The notes under the pieces: generated by a model
The model's database searches: none
The model's input: the letters and a program-made list of their open reading frames with translations, nothing else
What the model was told of the DNA's origin: nothing
NCBI GenBank assembly: GCA_029953675.1
Contig: JAMWBK010000012.1
Span: 558,001-622,000, forward strand
Origin: Rhodosorus marinus CCMP1338
Lineage: Eukaryota; Plantae; Rhodophyta
Reading direction: 5' to 3'
Length of the DNA: 64,000 nt
Position numbers and translations under genes: made by a program
Shown here: positions 12,361 through 23,555 of the stretch, one piece after another
Layout: every line of letters begins with the position of its first letter
How positions within the stretch are numbered: the first letter of the stretch is position 1

Positions 12361-13145
12361 GGGCTTTACTAGCATAGCTGAAGCGCTACGCAAGGCGTGA
12401 AAAGGAACTAAGAACTAGGGAGGGAAGCGTGCAAACTCAGGCGCCGATGGCGAGCCTCGGCAAGCATGCTGCTAGAATATCGCTCCTCAGCGAATTTTTG
12501 ACTCGGATAGGGCATACGGTTGAGGTTGAGTCGGAACTGCCCAGATCAATTTCGGACTCTGCACCGCCCCGTTGTATAGCCGATCTCCTCGTCTCCGACG
12601 CTCCTGCCAGACGCTCAACATATGTGGACCTTGCGATTACCTGCCCCGTGGCCAGCGCCCGCCTCACCGCAGCCGCCCGCCGCCGGGGGGCCGCGGCTTC
12701 AGCCCTTCGAAGAGTTTAAGGAACGACGGTATGCTGAGAGCATGGCCAGTCTGCCTTGCGGGTCGGTCTCACCGGTTCCAGCCATCCATTGTGGAAAGCT
12801 TTGGTCACGTGGATAAGTCGGGTTTAGAGTGGTTGCGGAAATGTTTTGCTGAGCATCCTACTGAATATTTGGCGCTCTTGAGGCGTTTAAGTGTCTCCCT
12901 TTGGCGATATTCCAGCGACATGCTTTCCGAGGCGCGCCATCGGGCGCCTGGGGTTGCATGCTTCCCTCCCTAGTTATTAGGTCATCTTCACGCCTTGCGT
13001 AGCGGTTCAGGCTATTCTAGTAAAGTCCAGTAAAGTCCAGAATATCGCCACAGGGCGGCACTCAAACGCCGTAAAAGCACCAAGTACTCAGTAGGATGCT
13101 CAGCGAAACATTTCCGCAACCCCTCTAAACCCGACTTATCCACAT
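12361..13145. mobile_element. Family B3 fragment (minus) interrupted by a family B1 fragment (plus, 12484-13038)
   Basis: The host sequence resumes after the insert; TSD AGAATATCGC at 12474-12483 and 13039-13048. Confidence 0.88.
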
Positions 13146-13146
13146 A

Positions 13147-13302
13147 ACCTGGCTTTATTAGCATAGAATAAAGCGCTACGCAAACCGTTAAAAGGAACTA
13201 AGAACTAGGTAGGGAAGCGTGCAAACCTAGGCGCTGATGGCACGCCTCGGCAAGCATGCTGCTCGAATATCGCGACAGAGAGACACGTAAACGCCGGAAA
13301 AG
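13147..13302 (-). mobile_element. Family B2 short 3' fragment
   Basis: 3' UTR hairpin, AATAAAGCC tail and last codons of the RLE ORF. Confidence 0.8.
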
Positions 13303-13597
13303 TTTACTACACTTAATCCGGAGTAAAATCTTTTTTTGCCTTCCCCACCATTCTGCCTTCGCGTTGTTTGAATGTATGACGGCTTCAGGCGCTAACTTAT
13401 TTATTGGCCATATTCATTCAACGTGTTTATTGGTGCCAGAGTCCGATGGTTACAACTAAAAAGTACGCGTTGCTGAGCGGCTCGCACCATGTGAGACAGT
13501 TTTTTATCACAACTCTCTTTCTCATTCGCAGTTTCGCTGTTGAACTGGCGTGTCTGTACGCAATCCGTTTTCTCTAAACAAATGTCCACTAGTAAAT

Positions 13598-14396
13598 GGA
13601 CTGGACTTTACTAGCATAGCCTGAAGCGCTACGCAAGGCGTGAAGATGAACTAATAACTAGGGAGGGAAGCATGCAACCCCAGGCGCCGATGGCGCGCCT
13701 CGGAATGCATGTCGCTGGAATATCGCCAAAGGGAGACACTTAAACGCCTCAAAAGCGCCAAATATTCAGTAGGATGCTCAGCAAAACATTTCCGCAACCA
13801 CTCTAAACCCGACTTATCGACGTGACCAAAGCTTTCCACAATGAATGGCTGGAACCGGTGAGACCGACCCTCAGCGCAAGGCAGACTGGCCATGCTCTCA
13901 GCATACCGTCGTTCCTTAACTCTTCGAAGGGCTGAAGCCGCGGCCCCCCGGCGGCGGGCGGCTGCGGTGAGGTGGGCGCTGGCCACGGGGCAGGTAATCG
14001 CAAGGTCCACATATGTTGAGCGTCTGGCAGCAGCGTCGGAGACGAGGAGATCGGCTATACAACGGGGCAGTGCAGAGTCCGAGATGGATCTGGGCAGTTC
14101 CGACTCAACCTCAACCGTATGCCCTATCCGAGTCAAAGATTCGCTGAGGATGTACTTGAGGCGAGTGTGACGCCTCGTACGGAGACCTCGCAACAGTCCG
14201 CAGGAACCCAGGAAGTGGTAGCCACAAGCGTCAATCCGGCTCTCACATCCCTGACAGAAAGACGGCCGATTAGAGTGCCACGGAGCCTGTGGCAAACCGA
14301 GATAGATCCGTGCGGCAGAACGGAACTGGAAAGCATCGAGACGATGACTCAATGACGACGGTAGAGTGGTTAACCACAAGTGCGAGAGGTGGCCCC
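13598..14396 (-). mobile_element. Family B1 5'-truncated copy (CCHC + RLE)
   Basis: ORF 13651-14421 matches the other B1 copies; B-type 3' end. Confidence 0.9.
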
Positions 14397-14881
14397 CCAA
14401 TAAAAGTCTATTTTTAGACATCTACTCAGTTGAAATCGAGGGTTGAGTTTCTAACTCAATTGATGTTCACAGCTGTCATGCGGAGTTTTGCTGCTGAACG
14501 TGCATGTCCATAAGCCCATCCATTTTCTCTAAATACATGTCCACCAGTGGAATAGATGTCCACTAGAGAAATAAATGTGTACTTTGAGACATATGCTCAT
14601 CAGTTCATTTCAGGAGGTGGGTTTCCAACTCAATTGATGTTCCAATAGTCAGGTCTCCTTTCCAACCAGCTCGTCACTCTCTGTAGTTCCATTTCAAGTT
14701 GTAGCCTTCCAGAAACATACGAGAGGGTGTACCTTGCTAATAATAGACGGGGATTACTCCATACTCGATTGAATACTGGCGACGAATATTTTGGCACATC
14801 ACCACTCTCAGGAGAGCGCTAAAGGTTGCCGGAACCGGGATGTGCAATCCCATTTTAACTCACCAGTCCTAGTATGCAGGT

Positions 14882-14920
14882 ACGCCTTGCGTAGCGCTTC
14901 AGGCTATGCTAGTAAAGTCC
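14882..14920 (+). mobile_element. Family B1 micro-insertion (39 nt: hairpin + one tail unit)
   Basis: TSD AGTATGCAGGT at 14871-14881 and 14921-14931. Confidence 0.85.
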
Positions 14921-15055
14921 AGTATGCAGGTGACGAAAACATTCATTCTGATCATTGCCCAGACTAGGTAGTCCGTTGAAAGGGATCGTAATCGTGGTCT
15001 CACCCAATCAATACTCGTACGTACACGTGCTAGCCAATCACTGCGCGCAAATTGA

Positions 15056-15112
15056 ACGAAAATTACAGAAAAATCCTATGGTAGCTCCATAGGATTTTTC
15101 TGTAATTTTCGT
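15056..15112. repeat. Perfect inverted repeat, 26-bp arms, 5-nt loop
   Basis: ACGAAAATTACAGAAAAATCCTATGG-TAGCT-CCATAGGATTTTTCTGTAATTTTCGT. Confidence 0.92.
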
Positions 15113-15610
15113 ACCTAGCTGGCCACACTTCATGTCAGGGGTGTGACATTCCAACAACCGAGCTTGTAGGAATGTCCCCCGGAGCTAAAAGAGATAACCT
15201 CTAAAGCCTCATATTGTACTCGCCGAAACTCCCAACTGACACCCCGAGACGCAGCTGTATATTCCCCACCCTGATTAGCTCGAAAACAACACTCAGAAAG
15301 AGTAGTCACCGCTGTGAGGTGATGTCAGTGAAGCTACCCCACTGTCAGCGTCACTATGGTTTTGGCGTTTGCTTTGTTTTCAAAGCTACTGCCGTAAGCA
15401 TGATGTTCTTCATGGATAGATGGAACCAAACTCCAAAACACAGCTTTTTGCTTCGTGAACGAGACTGTAACTGACCTTCGACAGGACATCACGCATCACT
15501 TAAAATGTGCACCACCAACCAGTTAAACATCGGTATTTCGATATCAGGTATTGACGAATGAAAACGACGTTACATACTTTTGGAACTTAACCATTGATTC
15601 CGATGGTTTT

Positions 15611-15657
15611 GTTGATGCTAATAAAGCCGTTGCTAGTAAAGTCCAATAAAGCCGTTG
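15611..15657 (+). mobile_element. Nested family B tail-only micro-insertions
   Basis: CTAGTAAAGTCC (15633-15644) flanked by AATAAAGCCGTTG twice, which itself contains a B2 tail unit. Confidence 0.65.
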
Positions 15658-15890
15658 AACAAAACTAGGTCATGAGTGTGTTACATCATCGGCTCCCCAT
15701 ACTCTTTTATTCCGAACCAACCATAGTTGATGGCTTCTAGGATCACTGTATATGCAATGCCTCGCGGAGGACGAAAGGACGGTGCTAATTTCACGAACAT
15801 AGCCTCTCAAAGATCTCCACGGTGTATAGTGCGTACAATTCCAGCTGCTTGGGGCCGTCCAGAGTAACTACTTGCCCCCGGGGTGGCCCC

Positions 15891-15945
15891 TATAAGAGTC
15901 CAGTCTATAAGAGTGGGACTTGAGATGAAGTTGCTTCAAGCTAGT
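15891..15945 (+). promoter_or_regulatory. Conserved TATA/5' leader block of Cys-rich paralogue 2 (TATA duplicated)
   Basis: CTATAAGAGT-CCAGT-CTATAAGAGTGGGACTTGAGATGAAGTTGCTTCAAG. Confidence 0.65.
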
Positions 15946-16034
15946 GCAGAATCTACCAAATCACTCAATTAGACATTGGAAGGGAAAAACCAGTGGAGCG
16001 AAAAGCTAGAGAAAGCACTTGAAAAGTGACAACG

Positions 16035-16868
16035 ATGAAGATATACGGATTGGTTTTCGTGGTGCTTGGGTTGATGGGCACTACCGTAGCTGGTACATTG
16101 CGAACGCAAGATTCTGTGCGAGAACAACTCCCAGCCCTAACTCCTACTCCGACTCCGACGCCGGTCCCGACCCCGATTCCTTGCGACTCCGATGAATGCT
16201 CATCATGCTGCGACAGCGACTGCCAGGTGGTGGCATGTTTTGCTAGCGAAGGAGAGCAATGCGGAGGTTCTTGCCCGGGCCAGCCGAACTTGCTGAAGAA
16301 TAGGATCCATATTCGAAAGGCTACATGCAATTTGGGTTCGGACGACATTTTGGAATGCGATCTCTGCGAGTGTCCGCAGGAGTGGTATGAAGAAGGTATA
16401 CCTAAGGTCATGAACAGGGCCTTGAAGAACAAGTTCAAGGAGATTGCTACCGCTGGCGAATGTAAACTCGCAAACTTTGTGGCAAAGGTTAACGTGATTT
16501 GTGCCATACCAAATGAACAGCGGCCAAAACTGTACCAATGTAAAACTATGAACGGCGCGTGCATTGTCAACGAGCGGGATTACTTCAGCATCAAGTTGAC
16601 GGTCACGAGCGAGTGCTTTAATACCGGCGTTCCGGAGTGCGGTATCAACCCAATGACGGGGGTAAAAACCTGTTACTGGGGTACCACAGTATGCTATAAA
16701 GTTCCCGAAAAAGCGGTTGTGACTTTCGGGAACAAGTGCGGAGAGACGTGCCGGCCAGTAAGCAGCGGTGAATCCTGCGATCAGTGTTATGTCAGCGAAT
16801 CTGAAACAAAGCGCAGGCCACCACCGAAATGCATTGCTCCTTACCTCCAAACAAGATTCCCTTGCTGA
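16035..16868 (+). CDS. Secreted Cys-rich protein, paralogue 2
   Basis: ATG at 16035 in the GACAACGATG context; signal peptide, PT linker, 26 Cys. Confidence 0.88.
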   Translation: MKIYGLVFVVLGLMGTTVAGTLRTQDSVREQLPALTPTPTPTPVPTPIPCDSDECSSCCDSDCQVVACFASEGEQCGGSCPGQPNLLKNRIHIRKATCNLGSDDILECDLCECPQEWYEEGIPKVMNRALKNKFKEIATAGECKLANFVAKVNVICAIPNEQRPKLYQCKTMNGACIVNERDYFSIKLTVTSECFNTGVPECGINPMTGVKTCYWGTTVCYKVPEKAVVTFGNKCGETCRPVSSGESCDQCYVSESETKRRPPPKCIAPYLQTRFPC

Positions 16869-17161
16869 AAGTTGTAGAATTAATACTGGAGGGTACCATC
16901 GGTAGACTCTGCGCATCATGTGCAATGTGCATCAGCAGCTTTCGAGCAGTATGCGTTGCTCGGAAACCCTAGGAAAAAGAGCAAAAAAACATAGTGAAGA
17001 CGTAAATCACGCGCCTGCAACATCAATAGCACCAGCCTAGCCAGCCTTCACACAGGAGAAAAGGGTCTACTACAAGAACAGCCTCTCGGGTCGCTCACGG
17101 CAGATTTAAACTATCGTACAACTCACAGGTCAGAATAGCTCATCTAGTACTAGTGGTGAAC

Positions 17162-17930
17162 GACCCTGCCGTCATCACTGGGTCACCGTCTGGATGCCTT
17201 CCAGTTTCGCTCTGCCGCACGGATTTACCTGGGTTTGCCACAAGCTCCGTGGCACTCTAATCGGCCGTCTTTCTCTCAGGGATGTGAGAGTCGGATCGAT
17301 GCTTGTGGTTACCATTTCTTAGGTTCATGCGGATTGTTGAGAGGTCTTCGTACGAGGCGTCACACTCGCTTCAAGTACATTCTCAGCGAATCTCTGACTC
17401 GGGTAGGGCATACGGTTGAGGTGGAATCGGAACTACCCAGATCGGTCTCGGATAGGGCACTGCCCCGCTGTATCGCAGATCTCCTCGTCTCCGATGCTGC
17501 CGCCAGACGCTCAGCATATGTTGACCTCGCGAGTACATGCCCTGTGGCAAGCGCCCATCTCACGGCTGCCGCCCGCCGCCGGGGGGGGTTGCTGCTTCGG
17601 CCCTTCGCCGCGTGAAGGAACGGCGGTATGCTGAGAGTATGGCCAGCCTGCCTCGCGCTGAGGGTCGCTCCCACCGGTTCCAGCCTTTCATTGTGGAAAG
17701 CTTTGGTGACGTGGAGAAGTCGGGTTTGGAGTGGTTGCGGAAATGTTTCACTGAGCATCCTGTTGAATACTTGGAACTCTTGCGGCTTAAGTGTCTCTCT
17801 GTGGCGATATTCGAGCAGCATGCTTGCCGAGGCGCACCATCGGCGCCTGGGTTTACACGCTTCCCTACCTAGTTCTTAGTTCCTTTTAACGGTTTGCGTA
17901 GCGCTGTAGGCTATGCTAATAAAGCCAGCC
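17162..17930 (+). mobile_element. Family B2 5'-truncated copy, frameshifted
   Basis: CCHC/RLE coding pieces; TSD AGTACTAG at 17146-17153 and 17931-17938. Confidence 0.88.
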
Positions 17931-18058
17931 AGTACTAGCAGATAGCGGAAGAAAACTAAATCGCCAAATGATCATGCAATGCAATTAGAAGGAAAAACAA
18001 CAATGTGAAAAAATTACTTTGGTAGCTGACAACCTACGAATCCCTACTGGCAACAACA

Positions 18059-18955
18059 GTGACTTTCCTCCTGAAAATCGATCTCGAGAACGCGTTTAAT
18101 CCCATTGAACGGGGCTTGCCAAAACGCATCCTTGACGTACGGTTTCCGGAGTTGCTCCCACTTTACCCCTACTTCTTTGGCTACTGTCGTGATTCCGCAG
18201 AGGGCCCTTACCACTTCGGATGGTTTCCTGAAGAAGGCTCCGCTCCTCCGCGCAAGACCGGCTTTTCCTCCACTCACGTACAGGCGTTCAACAAGGCGAT
18301 CCAGTCGCACCAGTGCTGCATGCCCTTACCTTTTCGCCGTATCTTATGGCGATGCACGCTCTATTTCCCCGAGTCAAGGTACTTGCGCGACATGATGACA
18401 TTAGCTTTGTTGGCCCCTACGACACCATTCAAGAGTCATTTCAATGGATGCAAAGAGTTTTAAGATTTCTGGGCTCACGACTCCACCCGGATAAGTGCGC
18501 CCTCTTTTGGTCAGATGATCGACTCGCCGAGACTCGTTCATCATGACTTCCACGGGGTTAACATCACGCTGACAGGAGTACTGGTACACTCTGTTCCAGC
18601 GGGCACCCGGGCTTTCGTGCTCCATGCATGCCGCACGTTGCAAATTGCACACGTCAAGCTCGAAAAGGGATTCAGAAACTCCCCGAAGGCGAGTTGCAGG
18701 CGAAGCTCGCCTTCGTTCGTTACTGTGCTGGTCCCCGATTGGACTATCATCTCAGGTGCCTGGCTCTTCCTTTTGGCGAGGTTCTTGCTACCGAGGTGGA
18801 CGTGCGAGCTCTTCTGCTTGTTTCATTTTCTCGTAGGCGTAGAAAACTCAATTATATCCGCTCCCTCGCGCTTTCCGCTTTTCAAGTGAAGCTTGAACGC
18901 GCGGACTCCGGCGTTGACGCGGATCTGCACTTGGCTGCGGGAGCGTCACCTGGAT
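18059..18955 (+). pseudogene. Degenerate RT of a third CRE-like lineage (family C)
   Basis: Frameshifted pieces: KIDLENAFN, LHALTFSPYL..RHDD..VGP, RYCAGPRLDYHLR; divergent from A and B. Confidence 0.75.
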
Positions 18956-18959
18956 CATG

Positions 18960-19130
18960 TACCGATCGCACATATACAGGTGCCTCTTGAGGCGTTCAAA
19001 TTTATTGCTTACTGGTAGTTCGCAATGCTTGCAGATCGTTTTAAGCTTGACCTCGTCGTACGGCGGATGCTGCAGCGTTGGCATCCGGAGGGTGCGAAGC
19101 AGCGCACAGTCCTTTCTCCTCGCCATCTGC
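18960..19130 (-). pseudogene. BED-like zinc-finger remnant (possible DNA transposase or retroelement N-terminus)
   Basis: ICKHCELPVSNKFERLKRHLYMC = C-x2-C-x13-H-x3-C. Confidence 0.4.
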
Positions 19131-19339
19131 ACCGTATTAGCTCAGCTAGACTGTCTGAGCGGCGCATACAGTCCACTCTTTGACTTCATGCATGCTAGCA
19201 GCAGAATAAACGCAACCCCTTCCTCGCACTGCTTTTGAGGCGCGGACTGCGGTTCAACAGAGTGACCCCTGGGCGCCTTTTTTGCGAGCCTGTGGGCTTC
19301 TGGTCTGGTCGTTTTGCTTAGCCTGTGTTCAGATTTCCC

Positions 19340-20626
19340 GGGTATCCAGCCAGCGGCCGTGGTCGGGTCTCGGGGCACCGCCCTCTCGACTTTGAGCGCG
19401 TTGGGTGTGTCCAGTTTCCGAAATTTGGAGTTCAGTATTTCCAGTTGATGATCTACACTCTAGTGTCTCTGAAAGTGCCCGTGGTTTGCTTCTCGAGCTC
19501 CAATCGGCGATGTCATCCTGTACCAGTCTCCCTGACGACCTGAACCCGCGCCTGGCTGGCTGGCGAGCCCTTTCTGTGTGGGTTCGGGGCCCCACGACCC
19601 GAACTTCTGCCGGTTCTGTACCATTTGCACTTGATCCGGAAGTGGCTGACGAGACGGAGGTCCCTCGCGATCCTCCTGGGGATGGACCGGGCTATGGGAG
19701 TAGCGTCTCCGCACGCACGGATGCGTTGCAAAACACCCTTCCTTGGGACTTGCCCGTTCTGCCTTTGGCCGACATCTCGCTCAGATGATATCATTTTCCC
19801 GAGGTCGGGCCCGCCTGCGTAGTCTTGGGGGATGTATTAGATCTCAGTGGCGCATGACCGTCCCGGCTTTTCCGCCATTTACACTCACAGATTTCGAAGT
19901 GCGCCGTTCTTTACCTTATACCTCGGCTTGCATCAGCCGTCCTGGTCTTCCGAGATGGGTTCGCCGTGCCCTCTATGTTCTCAGAAGGAAGACACGGCGG
20001 ATTTTGGCGCCCACCTGCTCGCCAGCTGCCCCGCTGAGAACTGCGGCCGAATCCGCCTACATACACGGATCTTGAACATGTTATACCGCGAATTTTGGCC
20101 TATCGTACGGCAAGTCGGTCTTGAAATTGAACTTGAAAAGCCTGTGCCTGTCGCAAACTATCAACATGAGGAAAGCCGCGTGGCTGAGCTCGTGGTCACC
20201 TGATGATAGCCCCCGTAAGATGTACGTTGCTCTTGCTTTTCCTGATACTCAGGCTAGTCGCTATTTGCCGGCGGCGGGAGAGCGCCGTGGATTTCCCGCT
20301 GCCAGTATTAGACGTTGCAAAGAGAGTGAAATATGTGAGAGCTTTGTCTTCCCCAGGCATTCATGCTTTGGCTCTAGCTCATCGCCTGGTACCTCTGGCC
20401 ATTGAGTGCTTTGGGTTTCTGGATTCCGCTTGCTTCGAGAATTGTTCCGCGAACGCCCTGGCCGTCTGCCCTCGTTGACGTTGTTTTTGTTTACCCGTTT
20501 AAGCTTCTTGCTGTGGCGTATAAATGCAGCTTTGATGTTGGAGGCGCGCGATCTTCGCCGCGTTTAGTCTCTTTTTTCCCCTCGGGGTTTTTTTTTTCGG
20601 TCTCCGATTAAACAAATTCGTTCATT
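19340..20626 (+). mobile_element. Diverged family A-like (A2) copy, frameshifted
   Basis: Collinear with roughly 31070-32370 of family A (GAHLLASC, LEIELEKP, CCCCTCGGGG UTR). Confidence 0.85.
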
Positions 20627-21404
20627 CAGTCTATTCATACCGCAACATCACCAATTATAAGAATTTACGTTCACAAAAGATTCTGAATGGTAGGTCTGTC
20701 CACTAAGCCTCTTCCACTGGCCTTGTGAAGTTCGGATATAACTTTAGTGAAGTATTTCAATGTCTTCTGGAGCCGACGAAATCGACGTGGAAGGATTACG
20801 ACGCGGATAAGCGGCAAACAGAGACGGTTATGGGCTGACATACGATGCTCTGCGGTGGCAAACACATTTATTCACACTTATGAGTAAATTAGAATTTGTT
20901 CGATACGTTGACGTCCGATTCAGCGGTACAAACACATTCATTCAGTGTGTACCCCTTTGTTTGTTGGGTTGGGAAGTTAATCGGGGACGTCCACACCTCC
21001 TGATTCAGAAACATTTTCATCTTCTACTTGACGGGAGGGAGGGGGGGTAGAATGCAAAATATTCCCCGCCTGCGATCCCGGGCCTGGTGGGGAACTAAAG
21101 TCCCCATCATGCCGTGGAGGGAACGTGACATAAAGCAATTACCACTAATTACCGATATTACAGTTGATTACCGGTAATAACTTAAAAACCGTTGACAGTG
21201 GGGGTTTTCGGAATTTCCGGTGATACCGGTAATACACGAGGATTGAACTGGGCTAGTATTTGTCGGAGGAGGTCGCGCAGAAGTCCTCCAGGTCCAGGTC
21301 GAGTGTGATGAGGAGTGTCCCATTGGTACTTAATTGGAACTTATTAATTCCAATTACATACCCTAGTCTAAACCAGTTTATTCAATCTTGCTGATAACCA
21401 GGAC

Positions 21405-21735
21405 TCGGTGGATTTGCCACGGCCGGCCACTATGAAACGTCTTAAGGAAGAGATCGGAGGCTTTGTCTTTTCTTTGCGCCGGGCATATGCGCTTCGGCTT
21501 TAGTTCATGGCCTGCTGCCTCTGGTCATTGAGTGTGTGTTTTGGGTTTACGGGTTCTGTTGGTTCTTGTTGTCTTCGGGAGTTGTTCCGCGAACGTCCTG
21601 ACCGTCTTTCTTCGTTGTTTACACGTCTAAGTTTCCTGCTGTGCGTATGAACGCTGCTTTGTTGTTGGAGGCGCGCGATCTTCGTCAACGGCGCAGTCTT
21701 TTCTCTCCAGCCTCCGATTAAACAAATTCGTTCAT
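21405..21735 (+). mobile_element. Decayed family A-like 3' fragment
   Basis: Match to the RLE C-terminus and CAGCCTCCGATTAAAC end. Confidence 0.7.
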
Positions 21736-22526
21736 TAGTTCAATATCATTCACTGATGAATGGACCAACCAAACTCCAAAACACAGCTCTTGGTTCGTAA
21801 ACGTGTTTGTGACGGACCCTCAGCAGGACGCTCCTGCCTTTAAATATTAGAATTTCTATATCCGGTATTGGCCTTAAAAGCTACAAAACTTATTTTTAGA
21901 ACCTAATCATCGATTCAATTGTTTTTACTTAAAAATCGATGTGTTTATTCAGAAAAGGAACAGAAATATAGGAGATAGTCAAGAGACTACCGCCGGTGCT
22001 GATTTTACGAACATAACGCGCTCTGCAGGGAATAGCAGGGACGAAGGTCTGGAAACACCAGCATTAAAGTCAAGGCAGTGGTAGCGATCCTCAAAGTAGG
22101 ATGCTGTTGGTGGTTATATTTAGCCTCAGGCGTGAATGCGCATGTAGTTCAGGGAAACCGTTCACAATATAACTGTTCAAAAGCTCAGTGGTAGGGGTGG
22201 TGATTAATAGATCAACCACTGCAAAGAGCGGCGACAATGATTTTTGGCACCTGTTCACCACGTTGGCTTGATGATGAGCGAATATGCCTATTTGGAGAAA
22301 GAGCTAATGATACAACAGGGAACGTCATGTTTTTGGAGGCAAATCTAGCTGCTTGGAATCGCCCGCAGCAACTTGCTTGCCGCCGGGGCGCGACTACAAG
22401 AGTGGGACTTGACATGAAGTTGCTTCAATTCAGTCTGGGGCTGAACAGATCACTCAACTACGTCTCACGTGACAAATAACAGAACGACATCGGCATAGCA
22501 GAGACGACAACTGAAAAGCGACAACG

Positions 22527-23360
22527 ATGAAGATGCCCGGATTGGTCTTCGTGGTGCTTGGATTGGCGGGCGCGACGATAGCTGTCAATTTTGGAGAGCA
22601 AGATTCTCTGCGGCAGCAAATCCCAACCCTAACTCCTACTGTAACCCCGACCCCGACCCCGGTTCCGATTTCTTGCGATGCCGATGAATGCTCTTCATGC
22701 TGCGACAGCGACTGCGAAGTGGTGGCATGTCTCGCTAGCGAAGGAAAGAAATGCGGAGGTTCTTGCCCGGGCCAACCGAACTTGAGTCAGCAGAGGCTCC
22801 ACTTTCGAAAGGTTACGTGCAACTTCGACTCGGACAACGTTTTGGAATGCGATCTCTGCGAGTGTCCGCAGGAGTGGTATGACAACGGTATACCAAAGGT
22901 CATGAACAGGGCCTTGAAGAACAAGTTCATGGAGATTGCTACCACTGGTCCTTGCAAACTCGCAAGGTCTGCGGCAAAGGTTAATGTGATTTGCGCCATT
23001 CCAAACGACCAACAGCCGAAACTGTTCCAGTGTAGAACCAGGAGGGGCGGATGCATTGTCAACGAGCGGGATTACTTCAGCGTCAAGATGACGGTGACGA
23101 AGGAGTGCTTTAATACTGGCGGTCCGGTGTGCCAAAAGAACCCGATAACCGGGGTAATAACGTGCGGCTGGGGTACTACAGTCTGCGATAAAGTTCCCCA
23201 AAAAGCGGTTGTAACTTTCGCGAACAAGTGCGGAGATACCTGCCAGCCGGTAAGAAGCGGTGACTCCTGCGATCGGTGCTATGTCAGCAAAACCGAAACA
23301 AGGCGCAGGCCACCACCGAAATGCATTGCTCCTTACCGCTCAACAAGACGCCCTTGCTGA
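22527..23360 (+). CDS. Secreted Cys-rich protein, paralogue 3
   Basis: Signal peptide, PT linker, 26 Cys; upstream block homologous to the other copies, but the TATA reads CTACAAG. Confidence 0.88.
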   Translation: MKMPGLVFVVLGLAGATIAVNFGEQDSLRQQIPTLTPTVTPTPTPVPISCDADECSSCCDSDCEVVACLASEGKKCGGSCPGQPNLSQQRLHFRKVTCNFDSDNVLECDLCECPQEWYDNGIPKVMNRALKNKFMEIATTGPCKLARSAAKVNVICAIPNDQQPKLFQCRTRRGGCIVNERDYFSVKMTVTKECFNTGGPVCQKNPITGVITCGWGTTVCDKVPQKAVVTFANKCGDTCQPVRSGDSCDRCYVSKTETRRRPPPKCIAPYRSTRRPC

Positions 23361-23477
23361 GAATTGTAGAAGTAACACTGGTGGCGCCGATCTGTAGACT
23401 TTACGCACCATGTGCAGGACCAGTTGGAGAACAGTATGTCTTGATTGGGTAATAGGCAGAGTTAGTTAAATTCTACT

Positions 23478-23555
23478 TTGAATGAATTAATGGGAGACTA
23501 AAAAAAAAACGAAGGGAAAAAAAGCGCGCGGCGAAGAGCGACTTCGCATAATTAG
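23478..23555 (-). mobile_element. Decayed family A-like 3' end
   Basis: Reverse complement of the T-tract UTR and ATTC tail. Confidence 0.5.
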
